Assembly: GCA_964626465.1 (NCBI GenBank)
Contig: CAZVFP010000006.1
Location: forward strand, 2,227 to 66,226
Direction: 5' to 3'
Source of the DNA: an uncultured Bacteriovoracaceae bacterium
GTDB lineage: Bacteria > Bdellovibrionota > UBA2394
DNA: 64,000 bases
Shown here: positions 27,054-37,675 of the stretch, piece by piece
How positions within the stretch are numbered: the stretch's first letter is position 1
Layout of the letters: each line of letters opens with the position of its first letter
Position numbers and translations under genes: made by a program
Notes under the pieces: generated by a model
What the model was told of the DNA's origin: nothing
Seen by the model: the letters and a program-made list of their open reading frames with translations, nothing else
Databases searched by the model: none

Positions 27054-28118
27054 CAAAAACCCGTGATTTACGGGGGCTACTTTGACATTGATCGACTCAA
27101 AGATGAACGCGGAGTTTTAAGCGAAAAGACACTGGATCCTCAGTTCTGGGACAATCCAGACGATGCCAAAAAGACCCAGTCACGAATCGAAACGATCAAT
27201 AAAACCGTCGAACCATTTGACCTGGTATTCAATTCACTGAACGATTTCAAGGAACTCGCAGAAATGGCTTCGGATCAAGACCCGATGATCCAAGAAATTT
27301 TTCAACAAATCGAAGGGCTGAAAATTCAACTGAGAAGCCTTGAATTGAAAAAAATGCTTTCCGGAGAAACTGATCGAAAGCCTGCGATAGTCTCGATCAA
27401 CGCAGGTTCTGGAGGAACAGAAGCCCAGGACTGGGCGCAGATTCTGCAAAGAATGTTGCTTCGGTATGCTCACCGAAAGGGTTATCAAGTTGAGCAGGTA
27501 GATGAACAAGCCGGTGAAGGCGCGGGCATTAAGTCAGCCACTTTCATTTGTCGCGGAGATTTTGCCTATGGCTATCTCAAGTCGGAACGCGGGGTGCATC
27601 GATTGGTCCGAATCTCTCCCTTTGATGCGAACAAGAAAAGGCATACATCTTTTGCGGCAGTCGATGTCGTACCTGAGATTGACGACGAGATTCAAATCGA
27701 TATCAAAGCAGACGATCTCAAAGTGGATACGTATCGATCAGGAGGTGCAGGCGGTCAGCACGTCAACAAAACAGATTCCGCGGTTCGCATCACGCACATA
27801 CCCTCTGGAATCATTGTGGCCTGCCAAACGCAGCGATCACAGCACCAAAATCGGGCCACAGCTATGACAATGCTCAAGAGCCGGCTTTATGAAATGGAAC
27901 AAAAAAAGAGAGAGGCCGCCGTCAGCGCACACCACGCTCAGAAAATGGACAATTCATGGGGCAGTCAAATTCGCTCTTATGTTTTAGCCCCCTATCGTCT
28001 CGTAAAAGACCATCGTACAGAATTTGAATCTTTCCAGCCTGATTCGGTATTAGATGGCGAACTCGATGAATTTATTGAGGCTTATCTGCTTCAGAATGCA
28101 GGAAGCAAGGAAGGCTAG
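26996..28118 (+). CDS. prfB: peptide chain release factor 2, with programmed +1 frameshift
   Basis: Frame-0 leader is ...NLLSEIESLLAKTRDLRGLL-TGA, ending at 27085. Shifting +1 at CTT TGA C continues DIDRLKDE... with SPF-region and SGGAGGQHVNKTDSAVRITHIPSG (GGQ). The leader start is uncertain (GTG 26996, TTG 26966 or ATG 26960), and all options lie inside the lnt 3' end. Confidence 0.88.
27071..27086 (+). other. RF2 autoregulatory +1 frameshift site
   Basis: CGG GGG CTA CTT TGA C: an internal SD-like GGGGG three nt upstream of the slippery CTT followed by an in-frame TGA-C, the same architecture as in E. coli prfB. Confidence 0.88.
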
Positions 28119-29713
28119 TGTTTCGAAATGCGCAATATTTATTCGCTGTTCTTGGATTGATCTCATCGAGCTTGCAACCGACAGAAGCCTCGTGGATTTT
28201 GAAGGGCTGCCGATCGGCAATCGCTCAGATTAGAAAAGCAAACGAAACACCTGCATCCGATGCGCACCAAGAGCAGCAACGAAAAGAATGGACTGAAGCG
28301 TATCGTGTGGCATGGCAGAATAGGAATTTTGGTAGCGGCGCTATAGCCGTGGCTGAATTGGTAAGACTGAACATTGATTCATTGGGGTTGACCGACCACC
28401 AAAAGAAAGAAATTTTACGAGCAGGCAAACTTTTGCGTAGGGATTTGAATCTCGCTCGATCTTCTGAGTCTGTCGCGATATTCGCCAGCGATTTGGCGTG
28501 GATGTATGGACCATTTCTTTTGAGACCTATCTGGTCATCATGGCGTTTGCCACGCAATGTGCAGCTCCCTTTGCACGACGAAGTAGCATCAAAACTCGGA
28601 CTTGCTTCAGATGATTTTTTTAAGAATAGCTACGAATATTTAGCTGATCTCGCCAACAGACGAGCGCGGCACAAGCGAACGATATTTCGAGATTTCATAC
28701 GGTCAACAGCGATGGGAATTCTTCTGACCGCGTTGGGCTATCATCCGATTGATACCGTAAATGAATCCATTAAAGAGCATTTCATCTCTAAAACGACGTC
28801 TCGCGAGTATCTCGCGGTCAGTCTTCTCGATTTGATCAGAACAGCTCACCAAGATGAAATGAATCTTGCGCGAACTCCTGGCAACGAGGGCTTAGTCGTT
28901 CTCCTCGATCGCAATTTGCTGCTGCCGATAGATACAGTGCCAATCGATTCCGTGAGAGATGCGATCCGTGGCATCGCGGAAATCGCACCGCTGGCAAAGC
29001 AATTTGAAAGACTCGAGCAAGAATCGTTTGGAAGCTTTGAAGAATTGAATGAACTCCTAAAAAAATACAAAAACCGCAAACGAAAAGTCGTCATGTTTCA
29101 TGGATTGGCATCGATTACTCCAAACGGTGCCCCATCACTTCTCGATTTTGGGGAAGCAGTTGTGAACAAAGAGCGTCTCAGTGAAAATATCCACCAGTTT
29201 GAACCCGGAATCTTAGAGAATGGTTCATCGCTTATTCTTGCGGTCTGTCAGGCTGGTGATCGAGGTTGCACCGTAAAAAAGCCGATTGAGGAACCATGGA
29301 TTGCTTGGGGACTAAGGCTTGCAGGCGCAAATCATGCGCGAGTTTATGCACCAGTAAATCTCGTAAGCTTTTCCAGCGTACATCCTTGCATTCCGCCCGA
29401 AGTTATGTGGGACTTTCTGCAAGAAAGAAATCCGGCCGTCGGCATATCGACGCATCCAGATATCTCTCCGTTGGTTAGAGCCAGATCATCTCATACACGT
29501 GAGCCCTTTCTAAAGCGCGTATTCCGCCGCGGAACACGAGTGATGGGATCGGCAGATCTCGCTCCGTTGAGGCTTGACAGTTTGATTCCCGACGAAGTCC
29601 GTCAACTGGCCGTTCGGGTACTCGACACTAGAGAGGGCGTCGTCCGTTTTATTCCACTGGATGGACCCGCTCGACCTGACGAGAACGTTTTCGATACAAC
29701 TACCTCTAAATAA
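28118..29713 (+). CDS. hypothetical secreted protein with C-terminal caspase/CHAT-like His-Cys dyad
   Basis: 531 aa, GTG start at the last base of the prfB stop codon. Signal peptide MFRNAQYLFAVLGLISSSLQPTEA. Motifs KVVMFHGLAS (His328-Gly) and SLILAVCQAGD (Cys377), 49 residues apart. Confidence 0.5.
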   Translation: MFRNAQYLFAVLGLISSSLQPTEASWILKGCRSAIAQIRKANETPASDAHQEQQRKEWTEAYRVAWQNRNFGSGAIAVAELVRLNIDSLGLTDHQKKEILRAGKLLRRDLNLARSSESVAIFASDLAWMYGPFLLRPIWSSWRLPRNVQLPLHDEVASKLGLASDDFFKNSYEYLADLANRRARHKRTIFRDFIRSTAMGILLTALGYHPIDTVNESIKEHFISKTTSREYLAVSLLDLIRTAHQDEMNLARTPGNEGLVVLLDRNLLLPIDTVPIDSVRDAIRGIAEIAPLAKQFERLEQESFGSFEELNELLKKYKNRKRKVVMFHGLASITPNGAPSLLDFGEAVVNKERLSENIHQFEPGILENGSSLILAVCQAGDRGCTVKKPIEEPWIAWGLRLAGANHARVYAPVNLVSFSSVHPCIPPEVMWDFLQERNPAVGISTHPDISPLVRARSSHTREPFLKRVFRRGTRVMGSADLAPLRLDSLIPDEVRQLAVRVLDTREGVVRFIPLDGPARPDENVFDTTTSK

Positions 29714-29736
29714 ATTCATGTGTTAAGGCTTCCGGA

Positions 29737-31470
29737 ATGTTTCGCCGACTGCTGTTTCTGATTTTTTTTTGCTATAGCTGCATTTGCTCAATCGAAGCTG
29801 AAACGATTCGGTCGCTTGCACCTGAGTCGCCCACCAATTTTTCGAGCCCCTTAGATCTGGGCATCTTGGGCTCTAGTAGATTGAAAGAATCAGGCCCCGG
29901 ACTCCTCTTTAAAGAAACTGGATCTCTCGGAAAAACAACAACACTGAGTCTTCGGGGATCTCAAGCCCAAGAGGTTTCGGTATTTTTAGAAGGCGTCCCC
30001 TTGAATTCACCCAGCGAAGGAGCCTTTGACTTTGGAGAACTCTCAGGAATGGGAATTTCGCAACCACGAGTCGTTCGCGGCGGATACTCACTTCTATCGT
30101 CCCAGCCAAACGGAAGCGTCAACCTTTCGCTGCCCGATGAAGAGACGAGTGCTGTTCATCTGTCACAGGGATCCTATGGTTTTTTTGGGTTTGGTATTCA
30201 AGCCCCTCATTTTGCGCTGTCTTTAGAACAGGGAAATTTTGAATTCCCCTTCGAGCAAGATGGGCTGTCCCTCCCTCGAACGAATAACTTCAGCCAGCGA
30301 TTGAACTTGAGAGCTTGGCATCGAACGAAATCTAAACAAGTTTGGCTCCAACTCTTGATGGTGGAACAGGGCATCCCCGGAGCGACGTCTCTTCCGACTC
30401 CCCACTCTGAAATGCGAAGCCTGAAACCCCTGGCGGCTTTTCAATTCAAATACAAAAGATTTCAATTTCACAACTGGATGAGTTTCAAACAACAATCGAA
30501 TACGAATCCAGACTATGCATCGGATTCTGAAAATCGTTGGATTTCTGTTGGCCATCGTACCGAAAATATTTTCTCGATCGGAGTGATTCAGATTCCTTGG
30601 AATTTGGAATGGACTCTCGACAAACTGTGGATCGAGCAAAACGAGTCTGGCGTTCAATCATCCCCCATGGTTCCATTTCGAAATACCATCGCCGTCTCTG
30701 CCGGCATTCTCTGGAATCCCATCGAGAAAGTCTTGGTCCATCCCCGACTTCGCATTGAATGGCTTTCTGATCTTCCAGCTGAAAATATTTCGGCCCACCC
30801 GGGTCTTGGGGTGAAATATTCCATCAATGAAAATCTGAGTCTCATTTCTAATATCGCGTGGATATCGAGGGCTCCCAATTTTAATGAGATGTATTTTGAT
30901 ATTCCGCCCTATATTGAAAAGAACACTTCCTTGATGCGACAGAACTCGTTTCAAGGCGATGCGGGACTGAAATGGGAGTCAGACGAAATAACCGCTGAGG
31001 AGGTCATCTTTTTTGATCGAACCAACCAGCTACTTCAAGACGATCCAGACACTCCAATCTATAAAATCTTGAACCGAGGAATCTCATTCAGCCTTGGATT
31101 AGAATCTCGAATTGAATGGCGCCCGAACGAAAAACTTAAAACTCAGATGAGTTATACGCTCACCCGCTCCAAACTAGATGGAAGAACAAGGGATTACCAA
31201 CCCACGCACCATATGGAATGGGCAGCGAGTTATTCGATGACGAAAAATCTCGTGGCTAGAGTGCCTGTCTATTATCGATCTCAGGTTCGGGCCGGCGCAG
31301 CAACTATTGGCCAGCAATTTGATCTTGGAGTTGAAGTCGCTTACGAAGCAAAATGGTTTACCCTAACGGCGTCAGGTCATAATCTGACAAGTTGGAATCG
31401 TTATGAAGCTCGAGACTATCCACTCGGAAACGAGCCGACATATCTGATAAATATGTCGGCACACTTTTAG
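29737..31470 (+). CDS. TonB-dependent receptor-like outer-membrane barrel (small, BtuB-sized)
   Basis: 577 aa. Signal peptide, plug-like TLSLRGSQAQEVSVFLEGVPLNSP, alternating beta-strand pattern, and a C-terminal aromatic residue (...NMSAHF). Confidence 0.7.
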   Translation: MFRRLLFLIFFCYSCICSIEAETIRSLAPESPTNFSSPLDLGILGSSRLKESGPGLLFKETGSLGKTTTLSLRGSQAQEVSVFLEGVPLNSPSEGAFDFGELSGMGISQPRVVRGGYSLLSSQPNGSVNLSLPDEETSAVHLSQGSYGFFGFGIQAPHFALSLEQGNFEFPFEQDGLSLPRTNNFSQRLNLRAWHRTKSKQVWLQLLMVEQGIPGATSLPTPHSEMRSLKPLAAFQFKYKRFQFHNWMSFKQQSNTNPDYASDSENRWISVGHRTENIFSIGVIQIPWNLEWTLDKLWIEQNESGVQSSPMVPFRNTIAVSAGILWNPIEKVLVHPRLRIEWLSDLPAENISAHPGLGVKYSINENLSLISNIAWISRAPNFNEMYFDIPPYIEKNTSLMRQNSFQGDAGLKWESDEITAEEVIFFDRTNQLLQDDPDTPIYKILNRGISFSLGLESRIEWRPNEKLKTQMSYTLTRSKLDGRTRDYQPTHHMEWAASYSMTKNLVARVPVYYRSQVRAGAATIGQQFDLGVEVAYEAKWFTLTASGHNLTSWNRYEARDYPLGNEPTYLINMSAHF

Positions 31471-31471
31471 T

Positions 31472-32086
31472 TTAAAACGAATAACCGAACTGGAAGTTTC
31501 CAGCAGGAAGAACTCCTTGAAAAGAGTCCGTATCAGTAATATCTCGGCCTACAGAACCCCAGAAATATCCAATACCCATGCCCAGATTCACAGTAAATCC
31601 GGAGTCCCAGGTCCAACCCCAGCCAGCCACAAGCTGAGGACCACCCACCATACCCTTGACATCAGAAGAACCTAAAGTTCGGTTCTGCGACACATAAAGA
31701 AATCTTGCACCAGGTTCCAAATAGAAACCTTGATATACCTTGTTAAAGAAAATGGACGACGAAATGGTCGCCCCGCCACCAACAACCTTGGGACTCGCTG
31801 CAAAGTAATAGATGAACTGTGGCTCTACGTTGACCTTAATATTCTGATGAAAAGCATAGGATGCTCCGACATTAAAGCTGCCGAAAAAGAATCCAAACGG
31901 ATTCGTCCAAACATTCCAAGTTTTATAGCTATTGGTGAACATATGCTTGTCACCAACTGGAATCAGTTGATCCGCAGACTTAATGGTTGAATATTTATCG
32001 TCGCTAAACGATTTTTCTTCAGCCGCTAACGGCCGAGAAGTCTGAAGAACGATCAAAGATACAAGAAGCAAAAATATATTTTTCAT
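31472..32086 (-). CDS. small outer-membrane beta-barrel protein
   Basis: 204 aa. Signal peptide, Gly/aromatic-rich alternating strands, C-terminus FQFGYSF. Its stop is 1 nt from the convergent TonB-receptor stop. Confidence 0.6.
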   Translation of the reverse strand: MKNIFLLLVSLIVLQTSRPLAAEEKSFSDDKYSTIKSADQLIPVGDKHMFTNSYKTWNVWTNPFGFFFGSFNVGASYAFHQNIKVNVEPQFIYYFAASPKVVGGGATISSSIFFNKVYQGFYLEPGARFLYVSQNRTLGSSDVKGMVGGPQLVAGWGWTWDSGFTVNLGMGIGYFWGSVGRDITDTDSFQGVLPAGNFQFGYSF

Positions 32087-32315
32087 AATGTTGAGTAACT
32101 TATCTTCATTTTTTTATTTGAGCCATTTTAAAAACGAATTCCCAACGCCCCGTCTCGTAAAACCGTTTACATCTGAAAATATTGATTTGTGTTTGCCGAA
32201 TACACGCGTTTTAAACCACGTCTACCAGTTCTGAAATCCTCGCTTGACCCAGCAAATGGCGGGGGAGTTTGATTAAGAGTCGTCTAAAATCCGTTTTTGG
32301 ATATTCCAGACCATA

Positions 32316-32363
32316 CTACAGCTTATTGTGTCATAATTGATTTATGACCACTATATATTGTGG
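32316..32363 (+). promoter_or_regulatory. tandem NrdR boxes upstream of nrdJ
   Basis: Box 2 (32348-32363, CCACTATATATTGTGG) matches the NrdR consensus acaCwAtATaTwGtgt at 14/16 positions. Box 1 (32316-32331, CTACAGCTTATTGTGT) matches 11/16 with a perfect right half. Start-to-start spacing is 32 bp, as expected for tandem NrdR sites. Confidence 0.6.
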
Positions 32364-32574
32364 ATTAGTCGTTGACGAAGAATCCAAGCTCACGCAAACT
32401 TGAAAGAGGAAGAGGGAGTGGAGGGATTGAAAAATGACAGAAGTTTCGGGGTCTTAACTCGCGCCGCATCACAATAATTTATTTTGTATGGGCCGAGCCT
32501 GATCTCAAGGTTTTAGAGCTCCTTGCGGAGCGTAAACCCTCTAAATTTTAATGAAAGATATGAAGGAGAATAAC

Positions 32575-35500
32575 ATGGAGGGAATTGCTGAGCGTAAACA
32601 AACAGGATCCAAGCATAAGGGCGAAGCGGCCGCTGCTGGATTACGCTTTTCGAGATACTTTTCGAAAGAAGGCAAACATCCGTTTGACGAAATTAAATGG
32701 ACGAAACGAAAGAGCGCGATTTCAAATACCGATGGCAGCATCGTGAGTGGAATGGACTCGGTTGAAGTTCCGGAAGAATGGTCACAGCTCGCCACGGATA
32801 TCGCTGTATCAAAATTTTTTAGAAAAGCTGGTGTCGCTAAGAAAGCTGGAGACATCGACTCAGAAACCTCGGCTAGGCAGTTAGTGACACGCATCGCCAG
32901 CGCTATTCGAAAAGCTGGCGAAAGACTCGAAGGATATTTCAAGACTCCAAAGGATGCAGAAATTTTTGAGGCTGAACTTACTGCCCTCTTGATCACGCAA
33001 CGTGGGGCCTTCAATTCGCCAGTATGGTTCAACTGTGGACTCTTTGAAGCTTACGGAATTACAGGATCAGGTGGAAATTATCACTGGAATCCAAAGACAA
33101 ATCGAATTGAAGCAACGGAAAATGCCTACCAAAGCCCCCAATGCTCGGCGTGTTTTATACAGTCGGTTGACGATGACCTGATGAGCATCTTTGATCTCAT
33201 CAAAAATGAGGCACGACTTTTTAAATATGGCTCAGGGACGGGGACAAATTTTTCAAAACTGAGAGGCAAGCAAGAGAAACTGAGTGGAGGTGGACTCAGC
33301 TCTGGTCTGATCAGCTTTTTGGAAGTTCTTGACCGTGGGGCAGGCGCCACAAAATCAGGTGGCACCACTCGAAGAGCCGCCAAGATGGTATGCCTCGATA
33401 TGGATCATCCAGAAATTGCAGATTTTATTCAATGGAAGGTGAGAGAAGAAAAAAAGGCGAAAGCGCTCATCGCCTCTGGATATCCATCAGACTTTAATGG
33501 CGAAGCCTACAGAACAGTCGCGGGTCAAAACTCCAACAATTCGGTACGAGTCGCAGACGAGTTTATGGAAGCGGTGATCAGCGACGCCAATTTCTCAACT
33601 CGACACCGGACCTCTGGCGAGATCTGTGAAACCTTCAAGGCCCGTGACTTATGGAAAATGGCCGCGGAGGCAGCATGGGAATGTGCGGATCCAGGCCTTC
33701 AATATGATACGACCATTAACAAATGGCATACTTGCAAAACAACAGATCGTATTCATGCTTCGAATCCATGTTCGGAATATATGTTTCTCAATGATTCGGC
33801 CTGCAATCTGGCCTCCCTGAACCTGGTAAAATTCTGGGATGAAAAGAAAGGCTTTGATATTGAGGGTTATCGAAATGCGATTCGAGTGTTTTCAACAGCC
33901 CAGGAAATTTTGGTCGATTATTCAAGCTATCCGACAGCTCGAATTGCTCAGAATTCCCACGACTACAGACCACTCGGACTCGGCTACGCAAATTTGGGTA
34001 CGCTTTTGATGATGAATGGTTTGCCCTATGACTCGACAGAGGCCAATCAAATGGCAGGAGCTTTGACAGCCATTCTTACCGGTCATGGTTATCGAGTCTC
34101 TTCCGAAATCGCGTCACAGAAGGCTCCATTTCCTGGCTACGAAAAGAATAGAGAATCCATGTTGAATGTGATGGAGATGCACCGACAGGCTGCTTATAAA
34201 CTCCATTCAACAGACTCCGAACTGATCCAAGCCGCACAAGAAGATTGGGATATGGCCGTGAGCCTCGGTGAAAAATATGGGTACCGAAACGCACAAATGA
34301 CAGTGTTAGCCCCAACTGGAACCATTGGCTTGCTCATGGATTGCGATACAACCGGTGTTGAACCTGATTTTGCTCTAGTGAAATTCAAAAAGTTGGCCGG
34401 CGGCGGCTCTTTTAAAATTATTAATCAATCGGTGCCAAAGGCGCTTGAAAGCCTCAACTACTCTGAGAATGAAATTAAAGCGATCATCGACTATGTGACG
34501 GGAACTCAAACTTTTGCAGGCAATGCCTATATCAATGAGCAGAAACTCATTGCGAAGGGATTCACAAAAGACACGATTTCTAAAATCGAAGCGCGCCTCG
34601 CGTCGGCCTTTGATTTGAGACATGTGTTTACAGCATCACTTGGTGAGCAGGTACTCAAAGGTTTAGGAATCACGAAAGAAGCTGCAAGCTCTCCACAGTT
34701 TGATTTGTTGAAGGTGATTGGGTTCACCGATGCTGAAATTAACAAAGCTAACGAAATTATTTGCGGCTCGATGACGGTGGAAGGCGCTCCCTATTTGAAA
34801 ACCGAGCATTATCCGATCTTTGATTGTGCAAATCGTTGCGGCAACGGTGAACGATATATTGCGCCGATGGGCCATGTGCGAATGATGGCGGCGACCCAAC
34901 CATTCCTGAGTGGTGCCATTTCAAAAACTGTGAATATGCCAAATCATACGACGGTTGATGAAATAGCAGATGTTTATATGAACGGATGGAAACTGGGACT
35001 TAAAGCTATTGCGATCTACCGTGATGGTTGCAAGGCATCTCAACCTCTCACAACAAAGTCTGAGACAAAGACAGAGACTGCAGAGGTTCAAGTAGCGGCT
35101 CCAGTCGCGGCGCAAACAAGCGTTGCTCTTCAGAGAAAACTTCCGAAGAAACGACAAGGTTTTACCCAAGAAGCTCGAGTCGGCGGACATAAAGTTTATT
35201 TGCGAACTGGCGAATATCCTGATGGCAGCCTAGGAGAGATCTTCATCGACATGCACAAAGAGGGCGCAGCCTTCCGCAGTATGATGAATTGTTTTGCGAT
35301 ATCAGTTTCGATGGGTCTCCAGCACGGAGTTCCGCTAGAGACATTCGTCGAAAAATTCACATTCACTCGCTTTGAGCCTCAAGGATCGGTGGATCATCCA
35401 AATATTAAGTATGCAACATCGGTCATCGACTATGTTTTCAGAGTTCTGGGAATGGAATATTTGGGACGGACCGATTTCGTTCAGGTGAAGCCTGAAGAAA

Positions 35501-35742
35501 TTAAAAGCCTAGCTCAAACAGATATCATCGAAAATATTCCGGCAGCATCTATTGGAGCAGCACCCGCAGCGATCAAAGCAGATAAAGCCGAACAGCAAAA
35601 GCCAGTCGTGGGAATGTCGAATGACTATCTCAAGAATATGATGGGCGATGCGCCATTCTGCGACTCATGTGGTCACACCACTGTGAGAAATGGTTCGTGT
35701 TACAAGTGCTTGAACTGTGGCGCTTCGATGGGATGCTCTTAA
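32575..35742 (+). CDS. nrdJ: adenosylcobalamin-dependent ribonucleotide reductase (class II)
   Basis: Motifs [21 protein letters not shown] and [19 protein letters not shown], plus a C-terminal zinc ribbon [21 protein letters not shown]. The ORF is open from 32551. The ATG at 32575 has GAAGGAG 6 nt upstream. Confidence 0.92.
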   Translation: MEGIAERKQTGSKHKGEAAAAGLRFSRYFSKEGKHPFDEIKWTKRKSAISNTDGSIVSGMDSVEVPEEWSQLATDIAVSKFFRKAGVAKKAGDIDSETSARQLVTRIASAIRKAGERLEGYFKTPKDAEIFEAELTALLITQRGAFNSPVWFNCGLFEAYGITGSGGNYHWNPKTNRIEATENAYQSPQCSACFIQSVDDDLMSIFDLIKNEARLFKYGSGTGTNFSKLRGKQEKLSGGGLSSGLISFLEVLDRGAGATKSGGTTRRAAKMVCLDMDHPEIADFIQWKVREEKKAKALIASGYPSDFNGEAYRTVAGQNSNNSVRVADEFMEAVISDANFSTRHRTSGEICETFKARDLWKMAAEAAWECADPGLQYDTTINKWHTCKTTDRIHASNPCSEYMFLNDSACNLASLNLVKFWDEKKGFDIEGYRNAIRVFSTAQEILVDYSSYPTARIAQNSHDYRPLGLGYANLGTLLMMNGLPYDSTEANQMAGALTAILTGHGYRVSSEIASQKAPFPGYEKNRESMLNVMEMHRQAAYKLHSTDSELIQAAQEDWDMAVSLGEKYGYRNAQMTVLAPTGTIGLLMDCDTTGVEPDFALVKFKKLAGGGSFKIINQSVPKALESLNYSENEIKAIIDYVTGTQTFAGNAYINEQKLIAKGFTKDTISKIEARLASAFDLRHVFTASLGEQVLKGLGITKEAASSPQFDLLKVIGFTDAEINKANEIICGSMTVEGAPYLKTEHYPIFDCANRCGNGERYIAPMGHVRMMAATQPFLSGAISKTVNMPNHTTVDEIADVYMNGWKLGLKAIAIYRDGCKASQPLTTKSETKTETAEVQVAAPVAAQTSVALQRKLPKKRQGFTQEARVGGHKVYLRTGEYPDGSLGEIFIDMHKEGAAFRSMMNCFAISVSMGLQHGVPLETFVEKFTFTRFEPQGSVDHPNIKYATSVIDYVFRVLGMEYLGRTDFVQVKPEEIKSLAQTDIIENIPAASIGAAPAAIKADKAEQQKPVVGMSNDYLKNMMGDAPFCDSCGHTTVRNGSCYKCLNCGASMGCS

Positions 35743-36869
35743 GATTTTGGAGCAGCCATGCTTTCCGTCTTGAGATCCTGAATTTTTTGAGTCTCCAGTC
35801 GGCCAAGGGCTTCCTTGGCCTTCTGGAATTCAGGATAAATTCGAAGGCTTTGATCAAAACAAGCTTTGGCGCCATCGAAAACTTTTAATTTTTCAAGCGT
35901 CAAACCCGCATAGTAAAAACCCATCGACGAATCGGGGTATCGTTTACAGACTTGGCGAAAGCTTTCTAAAGCATCAGCCCAATTCTTATCTTTATACAAA
36001 GATACCCCGAGGTTCAAAATAACATCGGGATGCACGGGAAACTTTTGAAGAGCTACCAAAAGAGTGTCTTGGGCCTCCCCTGTTTTTCCGGCTTCCGTCA
36101 GAGCACAAGACAGTCCGATATATACCATCACACTCGCCGTCGGATTCAATTCGAGTGATTTTCTGAATGCATCCGCCGCACGTCCCCAACGACCGTCATG
36201 GGCCAGTTCAACTCCAAGCTCATAGTGAGCCCTCCAATTATTGGGCTCGTCGATCGTTTTCTTTTGAGCACATGCAATATAAAGATCGCGTTTGCTAATC
36301 GCCTTCGAAGACTTAAGACCTGGATTGAAATGGTGCACTAATATTCCACTGTCGACTTCTGGGAAATCGCCAGATTGTACTTGCTCATGCAGTGCGCCTG
36401 CATATCGAACAGTTGTGGAATTTGGAAATAATCGAACTTTGACGGATTTGAAATATCCAGATGAACCATTTTCAAATTCCGAAAAATCCCCCTTGCAGGG
36501 AAGAAAGCTTGAATTTGAAAAACCAGAAACATAGTTTCGAGTTTCAAAAATATAGGCACATTTCGGCTCGCTCTGAACCATCAATGAAAGTTTTTCGATT
36601 GATTCAGAAGACAATCGCTCATCAGGGTCCATTTGAAAAATCCATGGCGCAGTAGCATGGCTCAAAGAAAAGTTTCTTGCCTCAGCAAAATCATTATCCC
36701 AAGTAAAATCAAAAATCTTCGCGCCAAAAGATTTGGCGATCTCCTTTGTGTTATCACTTGAACCGGTATCAACGACAATCCATTCATCGACGACGCCTTT
36801 CAGATGTTCCATAAACGAGTGCAGATGTTCTTCTTCATTCTTCACGGTAATACAGCATGATAATCGCAT
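35739..36869 (-). CDS. family-2 glycosyltransferase fused to TPR repeats
   Basis: 376 aa. N-terminal GT-A motifs ([24 protein letters not shown]) and C-terminal TPR-like repeats. Its stop overlaps the nrdJ stop within a shared TTAA. Confidence 0.75.
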   Translation of the reverse strand: MRLSCCITVKNEEEHLHSFMEHLKGVVDEWIVVDTGSSDNTKEIAKSFGAKIFDFTWDNDFAEARNFSLSHATAPWIFQMDPDERLSSESIEKLSLMVQSEPKCAYIFETRNYVSGFSNSSFLPCKGDFSEFENGSSGYFKSVKVRLFPNSTTVRYAGALHEQVQSGDFPEVDSGILVHHFNPGLKSSKAISKRDLYIACAQKKTIDEPNNWRAHYELGVELAHDGRWGRAADAFRKSLELNPTASVMVYIGLSCALTEAGKTGEAQDTLLVALQKFPVHPDVILNLGVSLYKDKNWADALESFRQVCKRYPDSSMGFYYAGLTLEKLKVFDGAKACFDQSLRIYPEFQKAKEALGRLETQKIQDLKTESMAAPKS

Positions 36870-36939
36870 TCTCTTATTTTACATGACTGCCGATTCTGGG
36901 ACCTCGCCCAAAAGTCCGAGGAATTGCGAAGACTGCGAC

Positions 36940-37338
36940 TCAACGCGTCAGATGTTCTGCAAGTTTCTGCAGAACGACGACGTTAGCATCGAGAACATTT
37001 AGACTATTAAATTCTGAGATAGAAACCCATCGATGCTCATCATGCGCAAGAAGCTTGAGCGCATCAGGACGCAGCAGATCAACGAAGTAAAATTCTAAAT
37101 GAACATTTTTTGTCGGATAGGCCCAAGGCAGACTTAAAAAGTGCTCGAGAACATTGATCTCTGTGTCAAGCTCTTCCAAAAACTCTCGAGTCAGAGCTTG
37201 CGAGGCCGACTCACCAGATTCAACTTTTCCGCCTGGAAATTCCCACAAGCCAGGCGAGTCAGAGTCTATCGCTGCTCTTTTACCCATGAGAATTTTGTTA
37301 TTTCTTACGGCAATGCCCGCTACAACCTTAACCATCAA
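36940..37338 (-). CDS. NUDIX hydrolase (MutT-like)
   Basis: 132 aa. Nudix box GGKVESGESASQALTREFLEELD. Confidence 0.8.
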   Translation of the reverse strand: MMVKVVAGIAVRNNKILMGKRAAIDSDSPGLWEFPGGKVESGESASQALTREFLEELDTEINVLEHFLSLPWAYPTKNVHLEFYFVDLLRPDALKLLAHDEHRWVSISEFNSLNVLDANVVVLQKLAEHLTR

Positions 37339-37592
37339 AAATGGTTAGAGCTCAAAAGGTCAGACGTAAAGACAAAAAAATCACCCTCAGAATTGGTTCT
37401 GATTGATGAACTCCAACCGGGACTTTCAAGAAGTTTCAGAGGCTTCGAGAAATCAAAGAAAATATTCGAAGAATAATTAGTAAAAACATCCTGATATCTT
37501 TCGACCTCAGGACCATCTTTCCACACCGCGACTCTCACCGTTCCAGCACTTGGCGGAACCGCTCTCTGAGTTTCAGGGCTTGTTATCTTCAA
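37335..37592 (-). CDS. hypothetical small protein
   Basis: 85-aa ORF with a TTG start that overlaps the NUDIX start by 4 nt. No motif recognised; may not be real. Confidence 0.3.
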   Translation of the reverse strand: MKITSPETQRAVPPSAGTVRVAVWKDGPEVERYQDVFTNYSSNIFFDFSKPLKLLESPGWSSSIRTNSEGDFFVFTSDLLSSNHF

Positions 37593-37675
37593 AGTTTTCT
37601 CCTTACAACTTAAGTCTACACTACCAAACTAAGTCGTAGAAAGTAAAAGGCAAGCTCAGCAGAAAAAAATTTCCT

